A DNA stretch of 64,000 nucleotides, taken from NCBI RefSeq assembly GCF_001194135.2, contig NC_068984.1, forward strand, positions 21,209,590 through 21,273,589, given 5' to 3'. The notes beneath the pieces are model-generated. The model had not been told where the DNA came from. It did not search any database and saw only the letters and a program-made list of their open reading frames with translations. This DNA is from Octopus bimaculoides (Eukaryota). The position numbers and the translations under genes are program-made. This document shows, piece by piece, positions 1 through 12,858 of this stretch (the first letter of the stretch is position 1; every line of letters begins with the position of its first letter).

Positions 1-35
1 ACCACTAAGCATTTCGCCCAGCGCGCTAACGTTTC

Positions 36-268
36 TTATTTCTTTATTGCCCACAAGGGGCTAAACATAGAGGTGACAAACAAGGACAGACAAACGGATT
101 AAGTCGATTACATCGACCCCAGTGCCTAACTGGTACTTAATTTATCGATTCCGAAAGGATGAAAGGCAAAGTCGACCTCGGTGGAATTTGAACTCAGAAC
201 GTAACGGCAGACGAAATACCGCTAAGCATTTCGCCCAGCGTGCTAACGTTTCTGCCAGCTCGCCACCT
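36..268 (-). mobile_element. tRNA-derived SINE family A, near full length, fused head-to-tail to a second copy at 1-35
   Basis: Head GGCGAGCTGGCAGAAACGTTAGC, B box GAGTTCAAATTCC, tail CCCCTTGTGGGCAATAAAGAAATAAG. Many homologous copies lie in the window. Confidence 0.85.
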
Positions 269-3194
269 TCGCACACACATATATTGACACAAGCGCAAAC
301 ATGCGTTGGTGCAAGTAGTTATTTTCTTTGGGATTAACCTGCAAAATTTGCAATAATGCAACCCACATTACATAACTGGTACTTATTGTTCTTAGGGGCC
401 TGAAATATAAAGTCAATGTGAAATAAATGCCGGACACGTAACTAAAAATAAGTTTAGCACGTAGGATAGCTTTAACTAGGTGCAGTGCAAAGTTTTCCAT
501 TTTTGGATAAGCAGAATCTGAACTATATGGGTTTGAGAGTTGCAAATACAGCAAGGAGGGGTCACAACACGACAATGTGTGAATGAGAGAGAGAGTTTTC
601 AATGAGAGAGGTTGCTGTAGTTCACTGCCAGCTACATAGTAGAACTATGGTCAAGAGACTTCAAACCGTGACCATCCATCTTGGTTGAAACGACACATTG
701 GATTATGTATTATTTAATGTATCCTACCACTTTTAAGATTGTAGGATGTGGATTGAGATAGATTTGGTTGATTTTTCTAGTAAGTCGTGTGTCACTTCTG
801 GATTAGTAGGTGAGTGTAATTATACATTTCACTTCACAGAATATGACATAAACTATATGCATGCAGACATGCGTAGTATTGTTTGATTATTATTTGGGGT
901 TAAACAACAGTGATAACATATGCCGATAAACTAAACAATTTTGTGTCTCTTGAGATATTCCTTAAGTCTTGTAGACTCCAGTTTCAGGCGCTCTCTAATT
1001 CAAGGGCAGACAATTATAAGGTACACTGCATAGAAAATATAGAAGCTTTGACGAGACTTCATTGTGGTTAGTTATACAGAATCTTAAGAGAGTCGGAAAA
1101 GAATGCTTTGATGTATTAGGATACTTCTTCTGGTTCTTAACGTCCTGACTTCTAATCCCACCAAGGTTAACTTTATCTTTCAATCTTTCGGAGTTAGTAA
1201 AATAAAGCACCAATCCAGTGTCGGGGTCGATGTAATTGAGTTGTCACTTCCTTTCAAAACTGCAGGCTTTGAAACTTGCAACGAACTGTCATCCAGGGAG
1301 GAATGTTGTCATCTCGATTACTTACATGTCATGGAAACCGGATAATCGACCTTATGAGTTCTAAAGCTCAACGAAAAAAAAAAAATGTTTTTGAGGTTGA
1401 TGCAATCGACTTATCCTTTGTCACCAAAACTATTGACCTTGTGCCTAAATCAGAAACAATCATACATTAAGTTCCGAGTAAATGAAGAGATACAAGATAA
1501 AATTATCGCTTTCATTCTCTTTTGTGCGCAGGATTTAGCGAGAAAAATTACTTTATCACTGCAGAAATTCTTGGGTTGCTGCCATCAAAGATATTCCTAC
1601 GACGACTATCTCGTCTATTTTTCTAAATAATATATTACTGACCCAATGAGTCCTAGGGAGTTGAGACTGTAATACTCAGTCGTTGTTGATGATGATGATT
1701 ACCTTAGACTGCATTTTTAGAACTGCAGAGTATGATTTGAGGGAGATTTAGTTATTATTTCTAGCAGATTGAGTGACCGTGTTTAGGTAATCCCATTGGC
1801 TCTCTAATTCTGTTGTAATTTATCCCTCAGCCAGCCTTGATTGAGCAGACCAAGGATTAAACATATTTTAGTCATGATCCTCTCATGCATTTGTATATCC
1901 TAGACTATATTTCCCAATTTGCTCTTCTAGTTTTTAAGAGAATTGTGTAGTTTGAGGGAGATTTTTAGCTACTATTACGAGCAGAGTCAGAGATCACTTT
2001 GAATCTCTCCCTTCGTCTCCTCTATTTCTTAGGTAGTTTTTTTCCTGCGCTCTATAATATTACATACAACAAACTGTCATTGATGCAATCACTCGTGCAA
2101 CTTATGCGTGCATCATAATTGCACTTATATGTGTGCATCATACTTGCACTTTGTTTGTCCTGAGTGATGCTGTTTTTATTTTATTTGCATCATTAGTGCA
2201 CTTCAGAATGTTTATTTGTACAGTAGTGCATACGATCGTTAATGAAGGTCAAACTAATGCAAATCTCACTGCTGCGATAAATGTAAGGAACAACGATACA
2301 GTTTGTGCAAACATTAAAGCTTATATGTTTATGTATAGACATGTGTCCGTGTGTTTGTAGTCGGTATGTGTATATTAGAGTACAATATACATGCATGGGA
2401 GGGAGTGCATATATATATATATATATATATTCATCTATGTTTGTGTGCATATGTGTGTGTGTATGTTTATGTCTATATATCTATAGGTATGTATGTGTGT
2501 GGAATTATATATAATCATATACATGCAAAATTGTTGTGGAAATATAAATATTATTAATGATTTTTCCTGAAATCATTTGGTTTTATGTAAAGTCGTACAT
2601 TCGTCAGCGATGGAAAGGACGGCAGTTGGTACAGCAAATTTATTTCGTCAATCGCTACAATGTTTTATTGGGAAAATTTATTATGATGTAACATCGCACA
2701 TTTAGTTATGCGAGACATGCAACATCCATAAGATTATATAATGTATTACAAATAATAACCCCCGAATCATCAGGCAACCACATGTAGGTCAATATATTTG
2801 TTAGACTGGCAAATTCAACAACTTATGAACACTCAAAGTAGGAATACCAACAGTTCAATATAGAAGTGGGTGGAAGTATAATCGACCAATTAAAAGTTGT
2901 AGGTAGCGCAAGTTGGCTGTCATAGATAGAATGATATCCAAATAGACTCTTCAAGCGAAAAGACTAGTGAGAGATAAATTATAATTGAATATCATTTGTT
3001 CTATTCAATGTTGTATGGGTGTTATTCTTGTGTAGATCATAGTATTATTATATGTATATATAAATATATGTAAAGGAAACAAAATATACTTGAATGAAAA
3101 CCACATAATTTAAAGTTTTTATAGTTTCTAAGGTTTTTTTTTTTTTTTTTGCGTCAAACTTTTGGTTGATAACTTTTGTACTTTTTCGTAATAT

Positions 3195-3885
3195 CCCTAT
3201 GAATCAACTAGCAGTTGTAGACCATCATGCTGACATGCCAATATCACTGATTCCGTCTTTCCAAATCATTGATATTCTTGTTTTCATCTGCCGCCAGAGA
3301 AAAAATTCAAATGTTAATATACTTTAGTGAACTAGAAGACTCGTGTTGTAAAGTAAATCCTTAAATTACACCAACAAATTCTTCCCAATAATTTTGTAAT
3401 TTGGACTTTTTTTGTTTACCCAGAACATTTGAAACCAATTCTTTTAATGCTATCCAATATGAAGTATTACCCCTTTCAGAATTCTACTGAACAAATCTAT
3501 AAATAGCATCCATTCATCTCTATCGTAATCTCCGCCAAGTTTCTGCACTATTCTATTTACGTCAGGTACCAAGGATCTATCTTAAAATACGGTGGGAACT
3601 CTTTTCTATTTCGGTAACAAAAAAACTGTTGTGTCTGGATTAATATATATTTTTATCTTTTAATCGGGACCCTAAGAGCTCTACAGTATCTTTGGGGAAA
3701 CCTAGTTCTCTAACTAAATCATTAAGTTCTTCCTAAGAGAATCGCTGTGACTCAGTGCTTGATCATTTTGGAGCGAATTCTTCATCGTCTAATGCAGCAC
3801 TTTCTACCTCTGTGTTGTGTTCTGCATCATAAAGGCTATCAGGCGGAATAAGGATTGGTAAATCAGGTGCATGTAGAACAAGTCT
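3195..3885 (-). mobile_element. Decayed DNA transposase remnant, Chapaev3-like (CMC superfamily)
   Basis: Broken frames read EELNDLVRELGFPKDTVELLGSRLKDKN, DEWMLFIDLFSRILKGVILHIG, NVLGKQKSPNYK and ERRNQ*YWHVSMMV. These match the recalled family motif ELNDLIRDLGLSK..AELLGSRL..WRLFIDSSKRSLKAVLLH..RYQGRW..MMADYC. The superfamily name is from memory. Confidence 0.6.
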
Positions 3886-3927
3886 TATCGCTGATGAATA
3901 AACAACATTCAGACATAATGTAATCTA

Positions 3928-3969
<42 letters not shown>

Positions 3970-6140
3970 ACTCGCAAAAAAAAGAAAAAAATAGTTGCGA
4001 AAAGGCAATATTAATAATATAAATATTTTTTTGTCTTGAACTTGAGTTTATACATAGTCGTACATTCGTCATCAAGGAGAAGGAATAAAAGTGGTACAGC
4101 AAATGTATCCTTCAACTACGGTAGTAGTTGAATAATATTCTAAAGGCCGCAATTTACTCACATGCAACATCTTTCAGAGCTTGTTGCTAATTCAGTTCTT
4201 AACCAAATTGAAAACTGTAAACATGTTTGAAGAGGACTGGTCCCTAGCTACATTTTGGCATAAAAAATTGAGATTTGGACCTGTAGAAAAAAAATTTGAA
4301 GCAACGTTATAGGAGAGTAAATAACGCCTCTAATCAAGTTTAGATCTAAATAACTTTTATTTTAAATGCAAAATATATTTATCTTAGCTTCAATGATAGG
4401 AGAAAGCATGAGGAATTTCATAGTTTTCGTCCCATGCAACTAAAATTAGTATCAACAAAGTTGTGAGGTAAAATATTATGAAAAAAATATAAGTAAGGCA
4501 AAAAATTGAATCTAAGTATAATTAACTTTTTATTTAAAAAAATTAAGCTGAAATGATAGAGCTCAATTCGAGGAATTTCATGGTATCAATCTCATGCAAT
4601 GAAATTTTAAAAGAAAAATGTTGAGTGTTTGTTTCTCAAATTTGAGGGTGATAATATACTTTTTTATGAATATAGTTCTATAAGGAGAGTTTTGATATGT
4701 CACCGGCATCATTGAGGAAAAAAGGAAAAAAAAATATCAACGATACCACTAGTTGACACATTTGACACATTATTAATTAGCATAATAGCATAGCCTGGAA
4801 AACATGGATTACATGGAAAAATGCGAGCAAGAGAAATATTTTTAAGGTTATAAACATGGAAAAGTACAGGAGAAGTGATTACACTTGGAAAAGTACAGAA
4901 CAAGAAAATTTTATTGCAGTTAAGGATAAAATTTGAATATAAAAATTATTTGATTTTGATTTACAAAGTAACATTATAATTAAAAAAGGAACTATCATTT
5001 TGTTAAAATATTGACACACTAGAATACTTAAAAAATGAGAGCAAGAAGTACCAATATAGCTAAAGTTTTATGCAAAGTAGAATAGTATATACGGTAGGCA
5101 AATTCATTGTGTATAAAATTGGCATTGGGTTAAGAGTAAAAATGCAAAAAATTGGCAATAATTTAGACAATAACTCAAGCAAATTTTACTGTGAATTTGT
5201 TGTTATAGGTAGATTTTACTGTAATATATAACTAATTTTTGTATTATTCTATTTATTGTACGAATTATGTACTATTATTTTTGATTGTTAATTAATAATT
5301 AAAAAAAATGAATTTTTTTTTTTTAAAGTGCAAAAAATATTTTGAGTCGTTCTTTATTTTTAATAGATGTAACAAGTAATAACAAATAAAAGTAATAACT
5401 TGTAATAAAATTTTTAGTTTTAATAAAAGCTAATATTTTCTAAATTTAAATATTTGAAATTTTATCCTTAGCTGCAATATTTTAAGTAAAAATTAAATTG
5501 TTACCAGATGTAATAACTTGTTCTGGACTTTTTGATGTTTATAATCTTAAGAATATTATTTGTCTTGCTTGCATTTTCCCATGTTGGATTGTTTAATATT
5601 GGTAAATGGCCGGGAAAGTTGATTTTATTGTTTACCTCTTACCAAAAACATCTTTTAAAGATAAAACTCACCTAGTTTTACATATAATTGGTTCTACACA
5701 ATACGCTCCCATCACAATAGAGTAGTGTTTATGTATAGAATAAATGTATGCATGCATAAGCATGAAGATAGCTCCACAACCAAATCAACAGGATGTATAT
5801 ACGGGATGTATATACGTAAACGTTATGCATATTCTGTACAAAACTTTTAATACAAAAAAAAAAAAAACTACACGCACCCAAGGCACACAGAATTGCCATT
5901 GGTTGTTCAGTGAAATAGTAAAATTAAAATAAGACTACCGAAACAGTAATAATGGCTTCAAATTTTAGCACAAAACCAGCAGTTTAAGGGAAGGGCATAA
6001 GTCGATTACATTAAACTCGGTGCTCAACTGTACTTATTTTATCGACTCCGAGAGGATGAAAAGGAAAGCCAACCTCGGCAGCATTTGAACTCAGAACATA
6101 AAGAGCTAGACGAAATGCTACTAAAACCATTGAATCATTC

Positions 6141-6246
6141 NNNNNNNNNNNNNNNNNNNNNNNNNNNNNNNNNNNNNNNNNNNNNNNNNNNNNNNNNNNN
6201 NNNNNNNNNNNNNNNNNNNNNNNNNNNNNNNNNNNNNNNNNNNNNN
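6141..6246. other. Assembly gap (N run)
   Basis: Ns in the sequence. Confidence 1.
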
Positions 6247-6431
6247 CATTGACACTACTAAAAATAAAACCATATTAGAAGACGAGATGAGAAACGAAAG
6301 ACGACAGAAAGAAGGTGGATGGCAGTGTAGAAAGACCAAATACGCACATGAAGTCACAGAAACATACTGTCGCTGACTCTTACACGCATTACGTTCATAC
6401 ACACAAATGCAATTTCACGCGCGTGCACACA

Positions 6432-6465
<34 letters not shown>

Positions 6466-6511
6466 AGAAACCTTTCAAAGCAAACCTTAAAGTATATAGA
6501 TACTCCACTAA

Positions 6512-7272
6512 ATAAGGTGTGTCATATACACCCAGCTCCTTCGAAATAAATCCATTGGGGGCGTTCACAGCGATTCCAAAGTGTTTTCCACGCCTCAAAG
6601 CATCGCGCACATCCTCTTCCTGAAACTGGTGCAATACAGCCTGCAATTTGGTATGAATTTCATTTTCTGTTTTGAGGCAGCGTCTGTTCAGTTTCAACTT
6701 CATTTGGGGAAACGCGATGATGGAGTCACAGACAATATGGAATGTATGGAACGATCGCTATTTTGTTCGTTTTGAAAAGCAGTGTTGTTTCGAGAGAAAT
6801 GTGAAGTGGTGCATTTTCTTGATGCAACAGCCAATTGCAATTGCCCCACAGCTCCGGTTTTATTGGCTTCACATCTCTCAAGTACCTCGAAATACCGCAA
6901 TAAAATGTCAGAAGTACACCCAGGAGAACCAAATTTTCAATGAACGATGTGAGTAAAGTGATGGATTGATCAGCGACGGTTCGTCATAGATGAGATCAAA
7001 TTTTTTTTCTGCAATTTCTTGCTTTTCACTTTGAACGCCTCCAATACCTATCATCTTGAATCAATACTTCACTGGCCTTGAAAATCGTATGTCAGTGGAA
7101 AACCAATGATCAGTCTAAAGAATTTCGCCAAATGCCTGATGATGCATTTCGAAGACTTTTGTGGCAAATTTACTGAGCATCATGCAAAATTTGAAGCAGG
7201 CACATTGTTCGAAATTGTTAGCCACCGTAAAAATTGTTTGTCTGTGCTAACATATTGTCACAAAATCTCGTA
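6512..7272 (-). mobile_element. Mariner (DD34D-type) transposon remnant, internally deleted
   Basis: ORF-track fragments KPELWGNCNWLLHQENAPLHISL..IVPYIPY and KLKLNRRCLKTENEIHTKLQAVL match mariner WLLHHDNAPAH..PHPPYSPDL..KLKGRRF. A TIR-like taaggtgtgtc lies near 6512. Confidence 0.8.
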
Positions 7273-9072
7273 ATAAATGAATACTAGTAGATATCATAAA
7301 GTCTGTTTGTAGACTGGCTTAGACGGCTGGCTACTAATGACTGTCAGTTACACAAATGTTGTTTTGCTATATTCCGAGCCAATATACCTTACTTACTCAA
7401 GTGTCAGTCAGTACAAAGTTGAATGTTTTGGCGTACAAGACTTGTAAATTCCTCATCGATAGGATTCTTTTAATCTAATTAACTTACAACATTGATGTTG
7501 GGAGAGTAACCGATTTCCACAACAGAACGTGCTCCTGTTTTATGGTTTCAGACAACAATATCTGGTCGGTTGTATTTTAATTTGGTTGCTGTTTTTATTC
7601 TTTGGTTTCACTTCTATGCATCAAGACAAGGTATTATCTCGATTATGTTCCCTTACAGTTTAGTGACGTAACTAACGCATTCTTTAGGGTTTTGCATAGT
7701 CTACGTACGTTTTTGTCTTTTGTATAAGAGAAGGAACGTGGCTTAATAGTTTGGGTATTGGGATCATGATCATAAGGTCATAAGTTAAATTTCTGAACTG
7801 GGTTTTGCAATGCGTCTTTAGCAAAGCATTCCATTTAATATTGCTCAACTCTACTCATCTGTTGATGAGCACCAGTCGACTGTTGATACAGTTCTCTCCC
7901 CCTCTCTCCCTCTCTCTCTCTCTCTCTCCACTCGTCACATCCTCGATGTTCCACCGGGTCACGTACGGGGAAATCGAGTGAGTTTCTATATCTGCTCGCG
8001 ACTACACAGGCACCTAAAACAATTAACGAAAGTATCGTATAAGCTACGAAGCAATACTCGCTTGCTAGTGACGACTAATGACTTCCTTTTTACAAGAAGT
8101 ACTTAACTGGATTTTCTTCTTCTTTAATTGCTTGGGAAGAATATTTAAGATGAGATGTTTTAGGGTTGTCAGTACTCTATACCAAACTTTTAATGTACTT
8201 TCTTCTCTTTATGGCCCGTATTTTTCGTTTCAAGTATTCATCAGCAATCTTATCAATGAATTGGTCTCTCTCTTGCCACATGGCAATGATGAAATAACAT
8301 CTCGACATAGTCATACTGCAATAATGAAGCAACATCTCCATAAAACTATTACAAGAATGAAATAACATTCCGATGTCGCAGCATAGTCTAAAACAACAGA
8401 AAGTTTCCCGAATGTTGAGTTGCCTTGGGAAGGTAAAAATGGAGTGGGTACATAAGAATAGCATCAAATATAAAGTACTTAGCGGGGGTCATGAGATGCC
8501 CGAGGATGATAGCTTAACCTCTTCTTCCAATGGTGGCGGGATGTCGTGGGTTTGTAGCTACATCCGTAATATCTTACGTGACTGACATTGAACTTAGTAG
8601 AAAGGGCCTTAGATCGTCTGGCATGACCTCTCAAACAAATAGATCGATACCTTAAACACTGATATTAAAAGCATATAGTTTGCATGTTTGGATTTACTAG
8701 CAAGAAATTTACGACAAACTGGAAATAGCAGGCACTGGAAATAAGCATCCTGGCGGGAGTGAAACAAAAAATTCTTCAACGTGGCAGAGACACGTGTGAA
8801 CGAAAATCTAAGTTGGGAGCGAAGAATAAATTCTCAGGAAGTACTAAAAGATAATAATCAATACATGGGATGGGTATTTGCAGCTGCTCATGCTTTGGTA
8901 CAGAAGGGGTGGGACTACAGTGGAGGTAAAAATCCTGTTACCATACATTGAAAGAGATGACTGCCTGATAGAACTTCCTGTTTTCTATATAGAACATGTT
9001 TCGGATAAATTTTTTTCGGCGGTGTTGAGACGTTTTTCATAAAAGGGGTGTGAAGTAGTTGCATCGTTTTTG

Positions 9073-9103
<31 letters not shown>

Positions 9104-10537
9104 AGGAAAGGGACCGGGTGTTTCTCACATCTTGTAATATAGAAAGCATTATTAATTAATATAAAATAATCATAAGAATACTCTCTTCTTTAACTAAACC
9201 GTATAAAAAGACGAACCTTCTACCATTTCTGCCAATACAGCCACAACTGAATTAAAAATAATAATAAAAAAAATTTTCCAATGAAGAAAAACAAAACAAA
9301 AACAATCCAAAACGAAAAAGTAGAGGTGAGGAAGGAGGCAGACTCATTTGAAATAACGGAAGTCTGCAGTTTATCAATCATTTGAGGGAAGTACAGTATC
9401 TCATTACTTGTGTGTGTGTGTTCGCAGGCGCATTTGTGAGCAATGCATGTGTGTCTTTAAGTAGATATTTATAGATATGTCATTGTATATATATCAACTA
9501 ATTAAATTCTAATACAAATTTATATATATATGAGAGAGAGAGAGAAGGGGAAATAGGAGGTGAGACTGAGCGGAGATATGTTTTATTGTAAACCAAGCGA
9601 ATAAAGTGTATTGCACTGTCGATTAGTGCTGAACTCACCAGATTCAGTTATAGATATGGAGGTTAAACCAACGTCATGTTGGATAGCTGACTTCCTGGTA
9701 ATTATGGTGTTAATACATAGTTGAGATATTACAAAACAATACCGTCTTTGGGTGCCACCAGAGGTCGGTTTTCCCTCTCAAGCAACAAGACGATGTAGAA
9801 ATTTTGCAGTGAAACAAAGCTGCTCGAATTCAGTTTCGATTCGAAGTTAAAACAGCCTCATTTAAATTCTTTCCCTCGCCATTGAGAAAATAATTAACAT
9901 TGAGGCTTTTTGATTAATTAAGGAAGAATTCCATTAATGACATCATCTTCCTAAAATTCAAGCCTTTGGCAATATGTTTATTTTCTGTTCTTCAGCCCTA
10001 CGACTCATAAAACCTGGTTTCCGTGACGTATAAATGACTGAGATATCTCAACATTCGCCCTTGAGCAGGGTTTGAGGCGAGCGAATTTTGAGGAGAGAAG
10101 ACAAGTCGATTACATCGACCCCAGTACCCAACTGGTACTTATTTTATCGACCCCGAAAGGATGAAATGCAAAGTCGACCTTAGCGGAATTTGAACTCGGA
10201 ATGTAAAGACGGACGAAATGCTGCAAAGCATTTTGTTGGGCATGCCGCCTTAAACCGGGAGAGATAATACGAAGGATTTTGTCCGACCTGCAAACGATTG
10301 TCAGCTCGACGGCTTCGCAATGTAATTTGGGGCTTCAAAAATGCGCTCCTGGTCGATTTTTTTAGGATTCCTAGTTTGAATTCTCACAAGTTTAAACTTA
10401 GTTTCTCTGTAGTTCCCTTTTGGTTTCGATATATTTAAGGAATTAGTGAAATAAATATTAAGGCAAGATTTATTCTATAACAAGACTACCAAGCTTTCAA
10501 CTATATGAATATACTTAGGTTATTCTGATTGTCTTAT

Positions 10538-10750
10538 TTCTTTATTGCCCACAAGGGGCTAAACATAGAGGGGACAAACGGATTAAGTCGATTACATCAA
10601 CTCCAGTGCGTAACTGGTACTTAATTTATCGACCCCGAAAGGATGAAAGGTAAAGTCGACCTCGGCGGAATTTGAACTCGGAACATAACGGCAGACGAAA
10701 TAGAGCGAAGCATTTCGCCCGGCGTGCTAACAATTCTACCATCTCGCCGC
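10538..10750 (-). mobile_element. SINE family A copy
   Basis: Colinear with the copies at 36-268 and 51760-51995. Confidence 0.85.
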
Positions 10751-10825
10751 CTTAATTATTCTTATTTTCTGCCGCTCTTATTCTTAATTATTCTTATTTT
10801 TTTTATTTATTCTTATTTTTTGCCG

Positions 10826-10826
<1 letters not shown>

Positions 10827-10890
<64 letters not shown>

Positions 10891-10926
10891 ACTCACTCAC
10901 TCACTCACACTACGATACGATACGAC
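10827..10926. repeat. Compound (TC)n/(TCAC)n/(TACGA)n microsatellite
   Basis: Directly visible. Confidence 0.95.
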
Positions 10927-12452
10927 GGGCACGTTCATATAGTTTAATTCGATAAAGTTTCTCTTACAAAACTTTGGTTGATCTGAAGCAATGGTTAGAA
11001 AGCACAGGAAACTGCATGATTGAGACGCCAACTCCTTGATCAGGAGACCATGCTTGTGTCACGTGTTTAATATTTCTGTTAGTTTTCCTTCCTGTGGTAG
11101 AAAAAATAAATTGTCAAAGTAAAAACATGGAAGTTGAAGTAACATGCGAAAAAGTGTTACCCACGTGTAAGGGCCATTTTCTATATTGTTATAAAGTGTC
11201 CTATATGGGTGTAATTTAGCTCTCATTCGTTTAAAATCGGACTAATTACTCGTGTAATGAAGCGAGGAGAGATCCATGAAGCACCCTTATAGATTTTCGT
11301 TTGCAACTGGTTTAGCATTGAGTTGTAGAATGCTAGATCAGGAACAAGCATGTACCAGTTTTTATAGTCATTAGGACTAACCATCAACTTTCTTTTCTGT
11401 GGAGGAGCATCTACGTGGTCGGTCGATCTGCTAGGATTAGCAGCTAAATTCAACTCGAACGGTACCTTACCGTCACATAAAAAGGACAAGTTGAATAAAG
11501 AAATTTTAGATATTTAACGGGAGTACATTGTCAAGAAATGTTCTACGAGCTGATGTTCAGATGAGTGAAGACACTAGTCCGAGATATGATATATTTGGGA
11601 AAAAGGTTCAAAACTAGAATGGCATTGATCCACACATTTAGATCTGACCTGGAGTTAAGCAGCAACAATTAACTTGCTTTGAAAATCCATGATAAACTCT
11701 TTATCTCGGCAACATCCTGTTCCTACAAAACCAGGGCGAACAGATCAGTGAACTCTTCAGTAATTTTTTTGGGATGTGGACGAGGTAGGTAAGGGATGAT
11801 TATTTCATTATATTTTGTCATTATTGGTTGGGTCACATCTCTTACAATATCTTATCCGTATTCTGGCATCTTAAAAGAATGCGCCAATTTTTACGAGCCT
11901 TCTCACAAATGAAGCCCTCTTGTTATTTAACTCCTGTCATACCTAATTAAGTAGATTTATTTAGTCATGTTGTTACTATTAGTGTTGTTGTGTAATTATT
12001 TTCAGCCCTAAGTAGATTTACTAAGTATAATTGTTTAATTCCATATCAGCTCTCCAGCGGTGACCATCGTGTTTGTTTCTTCTTTTTCGTGTATATCAGA
12101 AATCATATGGTCCTACGTGTGCTTTACTTAATTTAATAAGGTGTGTGTCGATATAATGATTGTTGTTTGACTGTTATTTCTAGCAGGTCGAGTGTTGGCT
12201 CACGAAGGCTTGTTACCACTTAATTTCACTGGTTTTTAGTACTAAGTTCAAAAATTTCCCTAAAGATTTACTTGTCGTTGGGGTATTTCAATCATTGAAA
12301 GATGTTAACCCTTTTGATACCAATTCACTGGAGACTGCTCCTAGTTTTATTTTACAAACTTCCTGTTTTAAAGCGTTCTCAAATAAAACCTTCCAACAAA
12401 ATATTAATTTATGCTCCAGACAGCTGCTTAATAATGAGTTATTTTTACAAAA

Positions 12453-12550
12453 TCTTTTATATTATAAAAGAGAAACTGATTTCCGTCTGTCTGTCCGTAA
12501 CATCTGTGTAGAGAGAAGGAATAAGGGGAGGAGAAAAGTTAAGAGAAAAA

Positions 12551-12584
<34 letters not shown>

Positions 12585-12858
12585 TGTTTTCACCTTAGTA
12601 ACAAACAAGTTTTGATTAAAAACGCGGGAATTTTAAGTGCAAATCTGTCAAGACAGTGCAACTCAGACTTCAAAAAAGGACTATATGTATATATAGAATA
12701 CATGTAGTTATCTTTTTTGTTTTGTGTGTGTGTGTTTCAAAATAAAGACAACTCAAATTAAAAAAACAAAGACTTTCACTTCGAGCAATTTATGAAAACA
12801 CATGCATTATTGACAAATATTTTTTTTTATCGCAGAGTGGCGACGAGTAACGACCTAG
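12453..12858 (+). mobile_element. Non-autonomous Helitron, 406 bp
   Basis: A|TC...CTAG|T boundaries, 5' TCTTTTATATTATAAAAGAG, internal (TG)n, and a tcgc-agagtg-gcga hairpin 11 nt before CTAG. Confidence 0.75.

Noticed and set aside
8078-8960. Coding gene in overlapping ORFs at 8078-8585
   Set aside because: Short ORFs on both strands with no motif I recognise. It is probably an unidentified TE remnant.
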